Source: Lama glama (taxonomy: Eukaryota). From it: 64,000 nucleotides of DNA. Position 1 is the first letter of the stretch, and each line of letters begins with the position of its first letter. Below, one piece after another: positions 36,321-48,861 of this stretch. The DNA is taken from contig CM052816.1 in assembly GCA_028534125.1 (NCBI GenBank), positions 70,992,001-71,056,000 on the forward strand. Reading direction: 5' to 3'. The position numbers and the translations under genes are program-made. A model generated the notes under the pieces. It saw only the letters and a program-made list of their open reading frames with translations, was not told the DNA's origin and did no database searches.

Positions 36321-39300
36321 AACACACCTTCACTTTCTATCCTTTTTTTCAAATCAGTTTACAGCATGGCTTTACTAAAATCTCTTTCTCCTGTGCCGAA
36401 ATAAGAGATGTCCTTTTTGCTGCCTAAGGCTAGTTCCTCCACAGGAACTCTGGTGATCATTTCCTCAAAACTGTCTTTCATCAGTTATCCTTTCCTACTT
36501 AGGTATCTTCAAATTCTCCCTACTTTCACTAAATACGGTTTTTTAAATATAAGTATAAAATAAGGATACTTATTACTTAAATATAAAAATAGACTTATTA
36601 TAACTTTCCAAAAAGTAAGTCAAAACAAATCTTACTATCCCATATTTTCTTAATAATACTCTCATTCTATGGTTGATGCCAAGCATGCTATGTTATAGGA
36701 CCAAATTAAGCTACTCCAATTGCATTGTTTATTGACTGAATCTATTTGAAACATGTAGCAGGAAGCAAGGGAAAAGAGATTAGGTAGGTTTACGTACTTA
36801 GAAGAGGGTATAGAATGGAATAACCACACTATCCAAATCCTATAGTATTTAATGTTCATATGGGAAATAGGTGAAATTAAGTACAGAAGCAAGTATTTTG
36901 TGAGACATTTTAAACAAAGATAAAATAAGTAAAATATATGTGTACTGATCATAGATAGGAAGGGATAGAAGGACCAAAACAATGTTAAATGTTCATTCAT
37001 CAACCTTCCCCATTGACAATGTGGATAATTAGGACCAGAGTTGATGGCATGCAAAGGTGCTCAGCAGATGAAGCTTTCTAGGGGCCCAACACACTTGCTC
37101 TGTTAGAGAGATGCACAGCTCCCATTTCTGCATCACCACTCCTCATACTGATTCTGCCTGGGATGTCAGTCTTGTTTCCACCTCTGTTTGAGAGATCCTC
37201 ACCATGTTTCAAATTCCTGGTCAAACCATCTTCCTCTAGGAATCCTTGATCTCTGCTTCTGAAATTCTAGGTGCTATTGTAGCAGAAGAATTTCCTCTAT
37301 GTTATTAAATAGAAAATCTTTTAATGTAGTAAATTTCCTTATCATATGCCATACATAATTATACATCTGTAATATATAAATGTCTGTAATATACATATGT
37401 AATAATATGTTTCCAGACAGTTTGAATTATTGTTGAATTTTCCTTCTGTGGACCACCTGTCAAATGCTGCTATATGTATATTTACCCAGGACATTATTGG
37501 CAAATATTTGTATTTGGATTTTAGAGAAGGCATTCCAGTTTTTTTTCCAGTAGTGTAGTCTAAGCGTGATGCCTGCTAATTCAATTTTTTGTGCATATGC
37601 CTTCATTTATAAGTATGTACCTTTTTATTATAAATAATTGGCTTAATTATAAAAATATGCAGTTATTTTTATGGGTTTTTTTTGGTCTAGAGGGCTAAAA
37701 TAGTTATTTTAACTTTGATTATGGCTAGAATGAATTATTTATTAAAAAGGGAATCTTAATAAGGAGGGGAACCAAGAGTACTTTCTGTATTTAAATATTC
37801 AATAAAAACTGTTAAAGTGAAAGGTTATTACCAATATCTTCTCTTTATAAAAAAATCATCCAGGTATTTCATGTTTTTATTAGAGAGAGCTATTACTTCA
37901 GTAGAAGTTTGTTTGAGTTTCAGAAGTTGTACTTAGTGATTTAAAACATAGAAAGTTAATTGCATGGTTAAATATATGTCCCCAGGACCCTCTGAAAAGG
38001 CATGGTCCTAAGACCCATATAACATGTTCCCATTTCCCCAATACTTGCTTATCTGCTTTTTATCAACAGCAGTTTTACAAGGTCCTTATTTTTGCAAGCA
38101 ATTTAATAATGAGTTGTTGTAAAGAAATCTCAACAAAGCACTTTGATTTCCCAACATTCTAGGTTCCATTCTCATTATTGCTTTTTGCTAAGTTTTTTGC
38201 TTTCAAATAATTAATCAGAATTTTATTTTTTAAGGGCTATTTGAATTCCTTAAATCCATCACCTGTACTCTACCTGCGGCTTCCATATCATTTCTCCTAT
38301 CATTTTAGATAAAGAAATAGAAACATTTTAGAAAAATTATTATATATACTTCAGTTCTGAATCTGCTGCTTGCACATATTATTCCTTATTTGATTTTGGG
38401 TTCAGATTTCTTTAAAAACATGTGTTCTATGTGTTGCATGCCAATTGCAAAATGTATGAAATTGTTTTCTAAACTTTTCTTTCCCTTTACAACAAATAGG
38501 TTATTTTAAATTTAAATTTAAGTTGGGTTATTTTTATGAAACAATAATAATAAATTATCAAAAGGGAGAATCAAAGGCCAGAAAGTGTTCTTGCCTTCCA
38601 TACTCAAAGATTCAATAAATATCTGTTAAAGTGAAAATTCATTAACAGAAAAATCTTTCTTTGTATTCAATTTCCCATAAAGGCGGGGGTGGGCAATGGG
38701 ATTAGTAGTCTGTGGTTTCTTGAAGTTAATTGCCTCAGAGACTTGACATGCTACTTAGTGACTTCTTTTACCTAAAACAAATACCTTCTCTGTACTCTGT
38801 ATGTAGAAATGTAGAGTTGAGCTCACTAAGCTGTCTTTTGTATTCCTTACTCATTCTTTTACATGTTTAACATGCTGAGAACACATAAATGATTCATGAT
38901 TCTCAGTCTTGGAAAAGTTGATTTTCACCCCAACAAAACCATCGTTCATCTGAATCCACTAGCTCTGAGGGGAGAGAAGTAGAAGGTTTAGAGAAGGATG
39001 TTTTAAAATAAAACACATTTTTAAGAGGCATCTGAATGAATATCTCCCTAATTAATCATAGGACACAAGATGAGAGGGTTATTTGTTTTTGCTCTTTTGT
39101 TTGTTTTTGAGCAAACTGAAGTTAAGAGTCAGGTCAGTATTGAATTACTGGATGAGAAAAGAGGTAATTGTGGTTAAGAACTGAAAATATTACGTATATT
39201 TGTTTAATTCCTTACTGTTAATAAAAAGTAAAATCTCCCTTATTGGGTGGATTATGGCACATGGACATTTTTTCCCAATTGTTCATAAAGAATCAGCTGA

Positions 39301-40264
39301 TAAATAAATATAACAAAAGACACACCATGCATCAGTGAGCCTGGCAAAATGGTGATAAAAATGAGAGGATGAAATTTGGAGTGAAACAGATTGAACTTAC
39401 ATTCTTTCTTGTAGCATTTACTGGTCACTAACACTCTTGATTTTCCCTATGTTTTTAGAAACGTTAAGTGGGAAATGTCATGTCAGTAAATTGTTTTCAG
39501 TCTTCAGATGAATATATTTTAATTACCTCTGCTGTCATTTTCCCACTTTGTCCACATGCCCTCTCCCTTTCTCTTTTACCTGTTTCCACGTATATTTAGC
39601 TTTCTCCCCAAGGTCTTTTCCTTGTACTTCTATTCTTTTGTCTTTATTCTGAGGTGTAATCAACTCAAATGTCTTTAACTTTCAGCTGTGCGAATGACTT
39701 CTAAATCTCCATCTTTTACACTGAAATTGCTCCAGATCTTATGTTTTCTTACTTTCTAATTTTAAATTTTTTTCCATGTGTAATATTTCTTTACCTATCT
39801 TATTTTACATAAAATTCTTGAAATATAACCTTTGTTTTCATCCGCACTTTGTAGTTTGTCGTTTTTATCCTTTATTATTGCAAAGCTGCTCTAGTTTTAT
39901 TTTCCAGCCACTAATGCTCATTAGAATGTCTTTTTTTAACCTTTGTAATTAAATAAGTAGGTATCTTTTTCATTAATTTACTTAGAATACAGTGACCCCT
40001 GAGGAGTTTAATTTGAATTGTTATTACCAACAAACTGTATTATTGAAAAGTTCTTACAACTAATTCTTGCTTCATTTTAGATTTCTCACTTTTTTATTCA
40101 GGCTCAAATATTTATATATCAAACTCCCTGACTTGAATTTAGAGGTAAAAATAATATTAAATAATACTCATTGATCAATTAAAATCTAATTTAGAAGAAA
40201 CAGGATAGGATCATAAATTTTAACCTCGAAATTTTACAAGCTCTTGTTTCAAAGGAATAGTAGA

Positions 40265-42900
40265 ATGCTTAATTTTGAACAGTATACAGTTCTGTGAGAT
40301 TTAGCAAACACACAAAGCCACGATTTAGAGGGTGCCATCATCCCGCCAAATTTCCTCCTATTCCTTTGTAGTCAGTTCCTCCTGCCAACCCTAGCCCCTG
40401 GCAACCACTGATCCATTTTTTTGTCCCTATTGTACTGCCTTTTCCCAAATGTCATATAAATGGAAACACAGTGTGTACTCTTTTGGGCCTGGCTTCCTTC
40501 ACTTAGCAAAAGGCATTTGGAATTCACCCATGTTGTTGTATGTATCAATAGTTTTGGTACTTTTTATTGCTAATTAGTATTCCGTTAAAGTGTTAGTATT
40601 AGTACTCCATTATATCAGGGTACCAGTTTGTTTAGCCATCACCAGTTGAAGGACATTTGAGTTGTTTCCAGTTTTTGAAAATCATTGCATAAAGCTGCTG
40701 TAAATATTTGCGTATAGGTTTTTGTGTGAACAAAGGTTTTCATTTCTCTTCAGTAAATATTTAGGGGTAGAATTGCTCTGTCATATGTTAAATATGTGTT
40801 TAATTTTGAAAGATACTACAAGCCTGTTTTCTAAAGTGTGTGTTTTCATAAGCAGTACATCGACATCCAGTTATTCTAAATCCTCCCTACATGGTATTAT
40901 TAGTTTCTTCTTTTTGAACTATTTGAAATTTTTAATTATTGTATTAGATGTGTAGTGGCATCTTGTTCTAGTACAGTGGTGGTACAAATTGATTTAATTT
41001 GCATTTCCCTAAAGACAAGTAATTATTAGTATCTTTTCATGTTCTTACTTGCCATCTGTATATCTTTTTTGGTGAACCATCTATGCAAAAGTTTTGTTAA
41101 TTTTTTATTGGGTTGTTTTCTTATTATTGAACTTATGTAGGTATGTATACATACACAAATGTAGACGTATTTTTTTCCTGGATAAATGTCCATTGTCTCA
41201 TAAAGTTTTTTCAAGTATTTTCTCTTAGCTTATGGATTATCTGTTATTTTTTTTTTTTGCACTGCTCTGAGTACTTCTGCCCTTAATTCATACTAAAACT
41301 TGTCTTTTAAAAAATACTTATTTTTCAGAGTACTTTTTAGGTTTATAACAAAATTGAGAGGAAGACACAGAAATTTCCTCTGTACCTTATGCCCCTGTGC
41401 CTGCATAGCCTCCCCAACTATCACTCAGCAGAATGGTACATATTTTACCAAGGACGATCCTATGTTGACATACCATAATCACCCAGAGTCTGTAGCTTAC
41501 CTTAAGTTCTGCTCTTGGTGTTCTCTGAGTCTCCAGGATCTGTGGTTTGGTGTCTGACATTAGCTTTTGGGAATTCTTAATCACTACAGTTTCAAAATAT
41601 TTCTTCTGTTTCTTTCTATTTTTCTTCTTCTGATGTTCCAATGACATGAATGTTATACTTTTTTTTAGTTGTTTCACAGTCCTTGGATATTTTGTTCTTT
41701 TTTTTTTTCCTAGTCTTTGTTCTCTTTGCTTTTGGATTTTGAGTATTCTAGTGATATGTCCTGTAGTGCAGAGATTCTTTCCTTAGCTGTGTCCAATCTA
41801 CTTATAAACCTCTCAAAGTCATTCTTCATTTATATTACAGAATTTTATCTCTGGCATTTCTTTTGGATTCTTTCTTCAGATTCATCTCTCTGCTTAGATT
41901 ACCCATCTGATCTTGCAAGCTGTCAGCTTTATCCTTTAGAGCCCATAGCATATTCATCACAGTTCTTTTAAACTGTATCTGATAATTCCAACATCCCTGC
42001 TATGCCTGCTTCTGATGCTCGCTCTATCACTTCAAGTTGTGCTTTTTGCCTATTATGTTTTCTTATGTAAATTTTATATCTTTATATCTTTTGTTGGATC
42101 TCTGAATTATTTAGGGCTTACTTTTGTTAATGTGTAAGGTTTAGATCAAGTTTGTTTGTTTGTTTGTTTTTTGGTTTACAGAATGGGTGACCAATTGTTG
42201 TCAGCAACATTAGTTTAAAAATCTTTTTCCTTTGAACTATATTTGCATTTTATCAAAAATCAGTTGCTGATATTTGTGTGGATCTATTATCGAATGTTCC
42301 ATTCTGCTAAACTGATCTATGGGCCAGACTTGACACCAATACCACACTGTAGTCTGGAAATTAATTAATGTGAGCCTTTCAACTTTGTTCTTTTTTTCAC
42401 AGTTTTTTTTTTGACAATTCTAGTTCCTTTATTTCCATATAATTTTTTGAATCAGTTAGTCCTCTCTCCAAAAATTTCTGATTGTATTTTAATTGTGATT
42501 TCTTCAAATGTATAAATCAAGAGAGGAGACATCATTTTAAGAATAGTAAGGCTTCCAAACCATGAACAAATTATATCTCTCCATTTACTTAGGCCTTGTT
42601 TGATTTCTTTCATTAATATTCTGTAGTTTCAAACATCAAGTTAGTAAATATATTTTGTTAGATTAAATCTACATATTTTATTGTTATTGGTGCTATTGTA
42701 AATGGCATTTTAAGTTTGAATTCCAGTATTTTATTGTTGGTATATTCAGTGGATTTTGATGTATTGACTTTGAAGCTTGAGACTTTCCTAAGTTCACTTA
42801 TTAGTGAATTCGATAGCTTTTTAAATTCTTTGAGTTTTTTTTACATAGACAGTCATATTTTGAATGGATAGAATTTTGTTTATTCTTTTCTAATTTATAT
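40265..42900 (-). mobile_element. Old L1 (L1MD/L1ME-like) 3' portion, host to a nested L1MC
   Basis: cccctggcaaccactgatcc...aatgtcatataaatggaa 3'UTR motifs. Antisense ORF2 homology (FTKKDIQMASKNMKRY, ORF 41026-41214) resumes after 42060. Confidence 0.85.
41310..42052 (-). mobile_element. L1MC1-like element: ORF1 segment fused directly to the last ~200 nt of the 3'UTR
   Basis: 41310-41520 matches the L1MC1 3' terminus (caaaattgagaggaagacacagaaatttcc; tgacataccataatcacccagagtc). 41514-42052 is ORF1 (KLMSDTKPQILETQRTP in ORF 41387-41677). Confidence 0.85.
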
Positions 42901-42905
42901 TTATT

Positions 42906-43417
42906 AACAATCCCTTTTAAAATTGCATCAAAAAATAAAATACTTAGGAATCAATCTAAGGAAGTGAAAGACTTATACATGGAGAACTATAAAACATTGA
43001 CTAAGGAAATTAAAGATGACTTAAAGAAATGGAAAGATGTCCCATGTTCTTGGGTTGGAAAAATTAATTTTGTTAAATTGCAATCTACAGATTTAATGAG
43101 ATCCATATAAATTACACAGGACATTTCTCAGAGAACTAGAAAAAATAATCCTAAAATTTATATGGAATCATAGAAGACCCAGAATTGCCAAAACAATACA
43201 GAAGAAAAAAAGAGTGAAGCTAGAGGAATAACCCTACCTGACATCAGACAATACTACAGAGCTACAGTATCAAAACAGCATGGTATTAATATAAAGACAG
43301 ACATATGGATCAATGGAACAGAATAGAGAGCCCAGAAATAAACTCATAGACTTCTGGTCAATTAATCTGTGACAAAGGAGGCAAGAATATACAATGGAGT
43401 AAAAATACAGACATCTT
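42906..43417 (+). mobile_element. Young L1 ORF2 internal fragment, truncated at both ends
   Basis: KIKYLGINL / [41 protein letters not shown] sequence; no 3'UTR or poly(A). Confidence 0.9.
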
Positions 43418-43444
43418 TGAGGGAGCATTATTTGTCCTACTGCA

Positions 43445-43727
43445 GGTCAATATAATTTCTGACCACAGCAGTGTTCCAGAATGGTTTTGGCCAGGCTGAT
43501 AAGAAATCCTTAAGCCACAGTTGCTAATTAAAGGATCTGGCATCTTGCAGGGATGGGATTGTATTTGTAGTCTTGCTATTCTCCATTGTTGACTGGGAGC
43601 AGTTTGTGGGAAGTGTGGACTCAGTGCAAAGATGGTAGTGGATCCAAAAGTGGAATAGCCAGTGCCATTTGTCAATTACAATCCCTGGAGTAGAAGATCT
43701 TAGAGGTGCATTTTTTGTGGCTTCTAT
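43445..43727 (-). mobile_element. LTR16-family LTR, 5' part
   Basis: Minus strand reads ttggatccactaccatctttgcactgagtccacacttcccacaaactgctcccagtcaa...atcagcctggccaaaacc, similar to recalled LTR16B/E. Confidence 0.6.
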
Positions 43728-43866
43728 AAATGCCTATCAAGTATTACAATTCTTTCTCATTGATTATTGGTTGAGTTTTCAACTGCCTACTGTTACCCAC
43801 CATAATCCATATAGGTTTTCTGATTTCTGACTGGTGAATTAAATAGGAATTATTATGGATAAATTA

Positions 43867-44257
43867 ACACAGAGATGTGCCACCCACAACCCCTCTGAGG
43901 AACCACAACCTGCTGCTGACTTGTATGAAGTGTGGTCAGCAGAGAGTACCCAACTATGAGCTCCTTCAGAGTCTGTTAAGCTTCAGAGAACTGCTTTGCT
44001 GAAGTCATGCTGGTCCAACAGTTGATCAAAGCAAGGTATAAAAAGCCAGCAATTTACCAATGTGAGACATTCAGACAAACATTCTAACTCCAGAACTCCC
44101 AGCTAGAGTGGCCAAAATTTTATCAACTCTGTACTAAATTTTTGCTTCCTCGGCCCAGATTGCTTTATCTTCCTTCTTTTCATGGATGCTGATATCTGAT
44201 AACTTTATTACACCAAACTCCATTTCAGCCTGGTTCCAGAGAACCCAGCCTACATCA
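43867..44257 (+). mobile_element. LTR16A/C-like solo LTR
   Basis: ggtataaaaagcc TATA, ctccagaactccc, end caaactccatttcagcctggttccagagaacccagcctacatca. Confidence 0.75.
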
Positions 44258-44502
44258 GACAAGAACAAATACCCTTTAATTCTTTTAAGTATTTGAAGGT
44301 AACATAATCATTGCTACTTTACTCCTCACTCTTGGACAAATACTGTATTTTATTTACATATCAGCTGGTGGAGGTGGAAAGACTTTCCTGCTACAATAAC
44401 TGTTACTGTGCAGGTGAAGGAACTCTTAAGAGGATTTTGCCAATTGTTAAGTATGTCCAGTCCAATTACATATTTGTGGTCTGGGGAAATGAGCACCAGA
44501 TG

Positions 44503-44708
44503 CAGTGATGTGCTGGAGCTGGCTTGCACTGGCTCACAAGGGCCAATCATGTATATCTCTTCTCAGCCCCATGTTCAGTGTCATGTTGGGGGCTTGAAAT
44601 CAGTCATGGTGGGAGAATTTACAGTATAAAAATAAACAACTAATTTTAAAAATTCGGGTTTTTCCTCTTCAGAGAGCAAGTTTGTAAGCATTAACCAGCA
44701 TGTTACTG
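44503..44708 (+). mobile_element. hAT-Blackjack MITE (MER63A-like)
   Basis: Terminal inverted repeats cagtgatgtgctgg / ccagcatgttactg; internal gcttgaaatcagtcatggtgggagaatttaca. Confidence 0.85.
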
Positions 44709-45540
44709 ACCCCAGGTATCTGTGGACTCAGTAGACCCCCTGTGAGATGGATCTGGGCAAGGGCCCATTTATTACTGACCCAGGTATGCATCTATTAGAA
44801 GGGAGCATGATGATGCTGCTTCCTTGAATACTGGCATTCAGTGGAATCTTTTATCCAACAACCCTCAAAGAATCTGAATAACCTATTTTCCCAGTGTACA
44901 GTTACCCTCTGCAGGACTTAGGAAATCACTCAGTATGCTGAAATATTGCTAGGTCCTTCCTCACCAAGATCCAGCTTCTAGTCAATAGATTCTGGATCTA
45001 AGAACTGGCTCAAGTTTGGTAACTGGACAGGGAATTATGAGGTATATTTTATATTGTTAACCTCATTCTTCTGTTCATCCTTTCTTAATATATTTGATTA
45101 TATTTATTAATTGATCTTATATTTCTTAGCTGTCCATCTATGTCTTGTGAGCCATCTCCATAGATAGTTGAGTGTTATTCATCTCATACTGCCCTTCCAA
45201 CTTTGCAGTGTATTATATTAATTATACTCTTCTTGGTTCAGAGAGTTAAATGCTGCTGCCTGTCCTCTACTATTCCGGGTCTGTATCATCTCCATTATTA
45301 CCAGGGAGCCTGTATGCCTTAATTGAAGTCTTAATATACAGAACACAGAGATTAATAAGACTTTAAACTATGCTCATACCACCCTCATTAGTGCATTCCT
45401 CATTGCTTTGGTAAATATAATGTCCCTCAGTCTCTCCAAAACAACATGATCAACTGGTGAGTTTTCCAGTTTTGTATCATAGATCTATTCTAGCATGCTC
45501 ACTTTTTTGAGTCTTGATTTCTTCCTTCATAGTGTGCTAC

Positions 45541-45662
45541 AGCAGATGGTGGGCCTTCTCAGCCTCCATAGTTTTGTAAGCCAACCAATTCCTCATTTAT
45601 TCTCATTCTCTCTCCATATATATATATATATATATTCTATTTCTCTCGAGAACCCTAATACA
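45541..45662 (+). mobile_element. MLT2 (ERV-L LTR) 3' fragment
   Basis: gcagatggtgggccttctcagcctccata...tctatttctctcgagaaccctaataca. Confidence 0.8.
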
Positions 45663-46915
45663 TGCATTGATTGATTTCTTACTTTCATTTATTTTCTTAT
45701 ATATTTTCTTACAATATTGTATGATGTTGACTTCAATATTTAACTTTTTAAGTCATACAGATTTTTTGGTATAGTTTAATAACAATTTGGGGATTGGATT
45801 TTCAATAAGGCATATATTAGAATGTCTTAGAGTTATGAAACAATAGAATGTACCTTTGTAAGAAAACTGATCTTAAAGTATAGACACTATCACACTTGGA
45901 AAACAGGTTCTTTCTTGAAAATTGAACAGGATTATGTAAATATACATTTCAATGTCTTCTTTTGTGATTCTGTGAACAATTGCCATTTTCAGTGTAAGTA
46001 GTTATAGAAGCAAATTTTTACACAAGTATTAAGCAAATGAAAGGTGTGATGTCTTATAGTTAGTTGGGCTTTATTCAGTTTCAAGAAACAGACTGTTTCC
46101 TCAAGTGAAGCAATGTATTTTAAGGATGCATAGAGAATTAAGGGAAAGAGGAAAAGCCAAATTGCCAGGCTAGTAGAATGACAGAATTGAAAGGTCCTTT
46201 TGGGAACAGTGCAGATGGCGATGATATGAATTATCTAGTCACTCTTTGTACTTTGTTTCATAATTTGGCTTGGCTGTTGGAGTTGGTCACGTATATGTAT
46301 TTCCTAGGCCTCTCCTCTGAATCAGATTCTTCATGAGTGAGGCCCTGAAATTAGTATTCCAAAACTTCTCCTAGTTCTGGTCACATAGTCAAATGGGCAC
46401 TTGCCCATGACCCAACCTTGAGAAGCAGTGCTCTTCTCTAATGACCCACCATGAGCTTGTTGATTTAGTGCCTCTTTGTCTCTGCCTCTAACCACCAACT
46501 GATTTTATTTTCCATGTCTCTGATCTAGTCTCTTAAGGCAGGATCAGATTGCTTCCATCAAACACAATCTTTACAAGTAGTCTATTCATAAATTTATATA
46601 TGTATGTGTATATATGTGTATATGTACATAGGTTATGAGTATGTGCCCATGTACAGTTGCATGTATACACACACACAAGTGCTCACACATGCAATTGTAC
46701 AAGAGCAAATATATCGTTCCAGCTTATCCTTTTGTGCCCAGTTCTTGAACTTTCATTTTCAGTGTTTCTGCTCCTCTTTTTCTGCCCATTTTGAACTTAT
46801 GTGTTCTAATCAACACTTGCTATTCACTAAACACAATGATTCTCTTTTGCATTTTTGTGGAAGGAAAGGTCACACTGAGTAAATATCTTGGAGAGGTAGA
46901 TTTACGGCTTGGTCT

Positions 46916-47390
46916 GCTCTTTGTGGTTGTTGTCCTAGGTTTTTGACAATATTACAGTGTCACAGAAAGAGTCAAGTGTCTCCATGTGGTATATTAAAAT
47001 CCATTCCAACTAGAGGCTGAATGAGCTGTGTGTTGAACAGACTGCCAAAGTTGAAGAGCTTCAGCATTTCCTTAGTGTCAGGATCTGCTTCAGTGATTTC
47101 CTGATCCAGGTCTGAGATCTCAGGAACAATATCACCTTTCCTCTCTCTCTCCTCCTGCAGCATAGAGGAGATACCTCCCATAGGGGCAATCTGAATGCTT
47201 TTCATCAAATACCTGCTATCTTGTTGTGGAAATTCTTGCTGGAAATTATGGTGATCTCCTGGCACATGCACTTATATATGAGGAAGTTGTTACCCAGGCT
47301 TATGTAGTACTTCTCAGTGAAATCCTGAGCTACCTTCTTTGTAGTTTCGATGCAAATGCTGCTGATGTTGCTGGGTCCCTGGTAAAAGGA
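46916..47390 (-). pseudogene. RPS17: Processed pseudogene of 40S ribosomal protein S17 (eS17)
   Basis: Intronless copy of the whole mRNA. 5' leader ccttttaccagggaccc; start codon mutated to ATC (47366-47364); reads ..[38 protein letters not shown], frameshift near 47210, then [44 protein letters not shown]; stop at 46972-46974; 3'UTR ends ggacaaca. Flanking direct repeat CTTGGTCT at 46908-46915 and 47391-47398. Confidence 0.96.
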
Positions 47391-47949
47391 CTTGGTCTAG
47401 TTTTGTTAATTCATTTCCTACTGCCTTAATTTTTGTAGGAGGTGCATTTTCCTATAAGATGTGCCAGAGCAGGTGACAAAATATGTCTTCATCAGAAAAC
47501 AGAGATTGAGCCTGCTACTGGGATCACAGTGTAAACCTAACTGATCTGATGGATACAGTTGGGATTTTAGAGTAGCAAGACTAGCTACACATGAGAAGAA
47601 AAAACGTTACTGAGATCAAGAGTTTAATGGAGTTCACTGGTAGGGATCGGAAGTTAGTGTCAGCATTGAGGTCATTGTTGTCAGCGTGGTAGAATTTGAT
47701 ACTGATTAGGAGTTTTACATCTTGACATAAGAAGATAATTTTAACTCAGCAATGTGTCACAGATGGTGAGTCATTTTTCAACAGAATTATAAGAAGCCTG
47801 TACTACTTTGTCTTTTTACTACTCAATTAAGATTAGGTCTTAATCTTAAGAAGAAGCAGAGATGGAAAGGTCTGAATCATTAAGCAAAAACTTTAGAACC
47901 ACTGCTCTAAGGAAAACCATGGTGGTCCTATTCCTCTGTCAATAAATCA

Positions 47950-48320
47950 TGAGGGCAATCAGGGAGGGTTTATTTTCTTCAATCTTAGAAAGAGACATTA
48001 AAAAAGAAATAGCCAGTTGCATTTCTTTTGCTTGCAGATGTTGCCATATCAGCATGTGAGACATGGAAATGCAGCAACCACCTTGGTATCACGATGAGAG
48101 TCATAGATTAAAGATTCATGCTTAGAATGGCAGAGGGGGAAAGGGAAGGACCACTGTCTAAATGACCCAGTTATATAGTCAAGTCACTGAATTAGTAAAA
48201 CCTGGAGCCACCCTTCCTCCTTAACTCCTTACTTGAGATGACAAACCTCACTGTTAAAACCGTTTTAAACTGACTATTCTGCAACCATATGCTTTGTAAC
48301 TGATTTGCATAGATTAATAC
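47950..48320 (+). mobile_element. MaLR solo LTR (MLT1J-like)
   Basis: gcatgtgagacatggaaatgcagcaaccaccttg...gaatggcagagg...cactgaattagtaaaacctggagccacc...taataca. Confidence 0.75.
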
Positions 48321-48694
48321 ATGTGTTCTTTTCAAGAAACCTATGACATAAGCAAAACAAGCAAAACAAAATAGTTTCATTTTTAAAGATGAGTATTGTG
48401 TAGTTCAGAAGAATAAAGTGAGCCACTTAATTAGTGGCAAATCTAAAATTAAAGTTTCTAATAATCAATCCTGGAACTTTACAGGTATTTTTGTACAATG
48501 CCACAATGCTTAAAAAAAAAAAAAAACAACACAAGCAGAATCGCCAAAGGCTAATGGTCAGTCTTCTACATATAGTGCCTCTCTGCAGAAAAATATTTCG
48601 AAAGGGGAGGCCCATTCTACTGTACTTAGATAGAAGTAAAAAGTGGTAATAGAATGATAGTACAAGTAGGAAACACCACTTAATCTTTCAATTG

Positions 48695-48790
48695 TTTATT
48701 TATTTATTAGCTCATGTATTCATCATTCAACATGCAGGTATTGAGTGTCTTCCATGTGTCATGAAACATATCAGCAGCTGATGTTGCAGA
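48695..48790 (-). mobile_element. L2 3' end fragment
   Basis: ttcatcattcaacatgcaggtattgagtgtcttccatgtgtca. Confidence 0.65.
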
Positions 48791-48861
48791 GAGGAAGTAT
48801 AGATAAACTTGCCTGAAAGAATCTTACAGTGTACAAATCTCACAAATATATTAAGAAAAAA

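Larger units (their letters stand above)
43728..45540 (-). mobile_element. ERV-L internal gag-pro and start of pol, degraded and interrupted
   Basis: ORF 44350-44550 contains VLISPDHKYVIGLDILNNWQNP (ERV-L protease region). FNSPV motif at ~43830-43845 on the minus strand. Gag-like sequence continues to ~45540. Confidence 0.8.

Noticed and set aside
36662..37054. Longest ORF in the track (130 aa)
   Set aside because: Non-ATG start, AT-rich low-information composition, no recognisable homology or splice context.
47827..47849. Inverted repeat TTAAGATTA/TAATCTTAA
   Set aside because: Short and AT-rich; expected by chance in this base composition.
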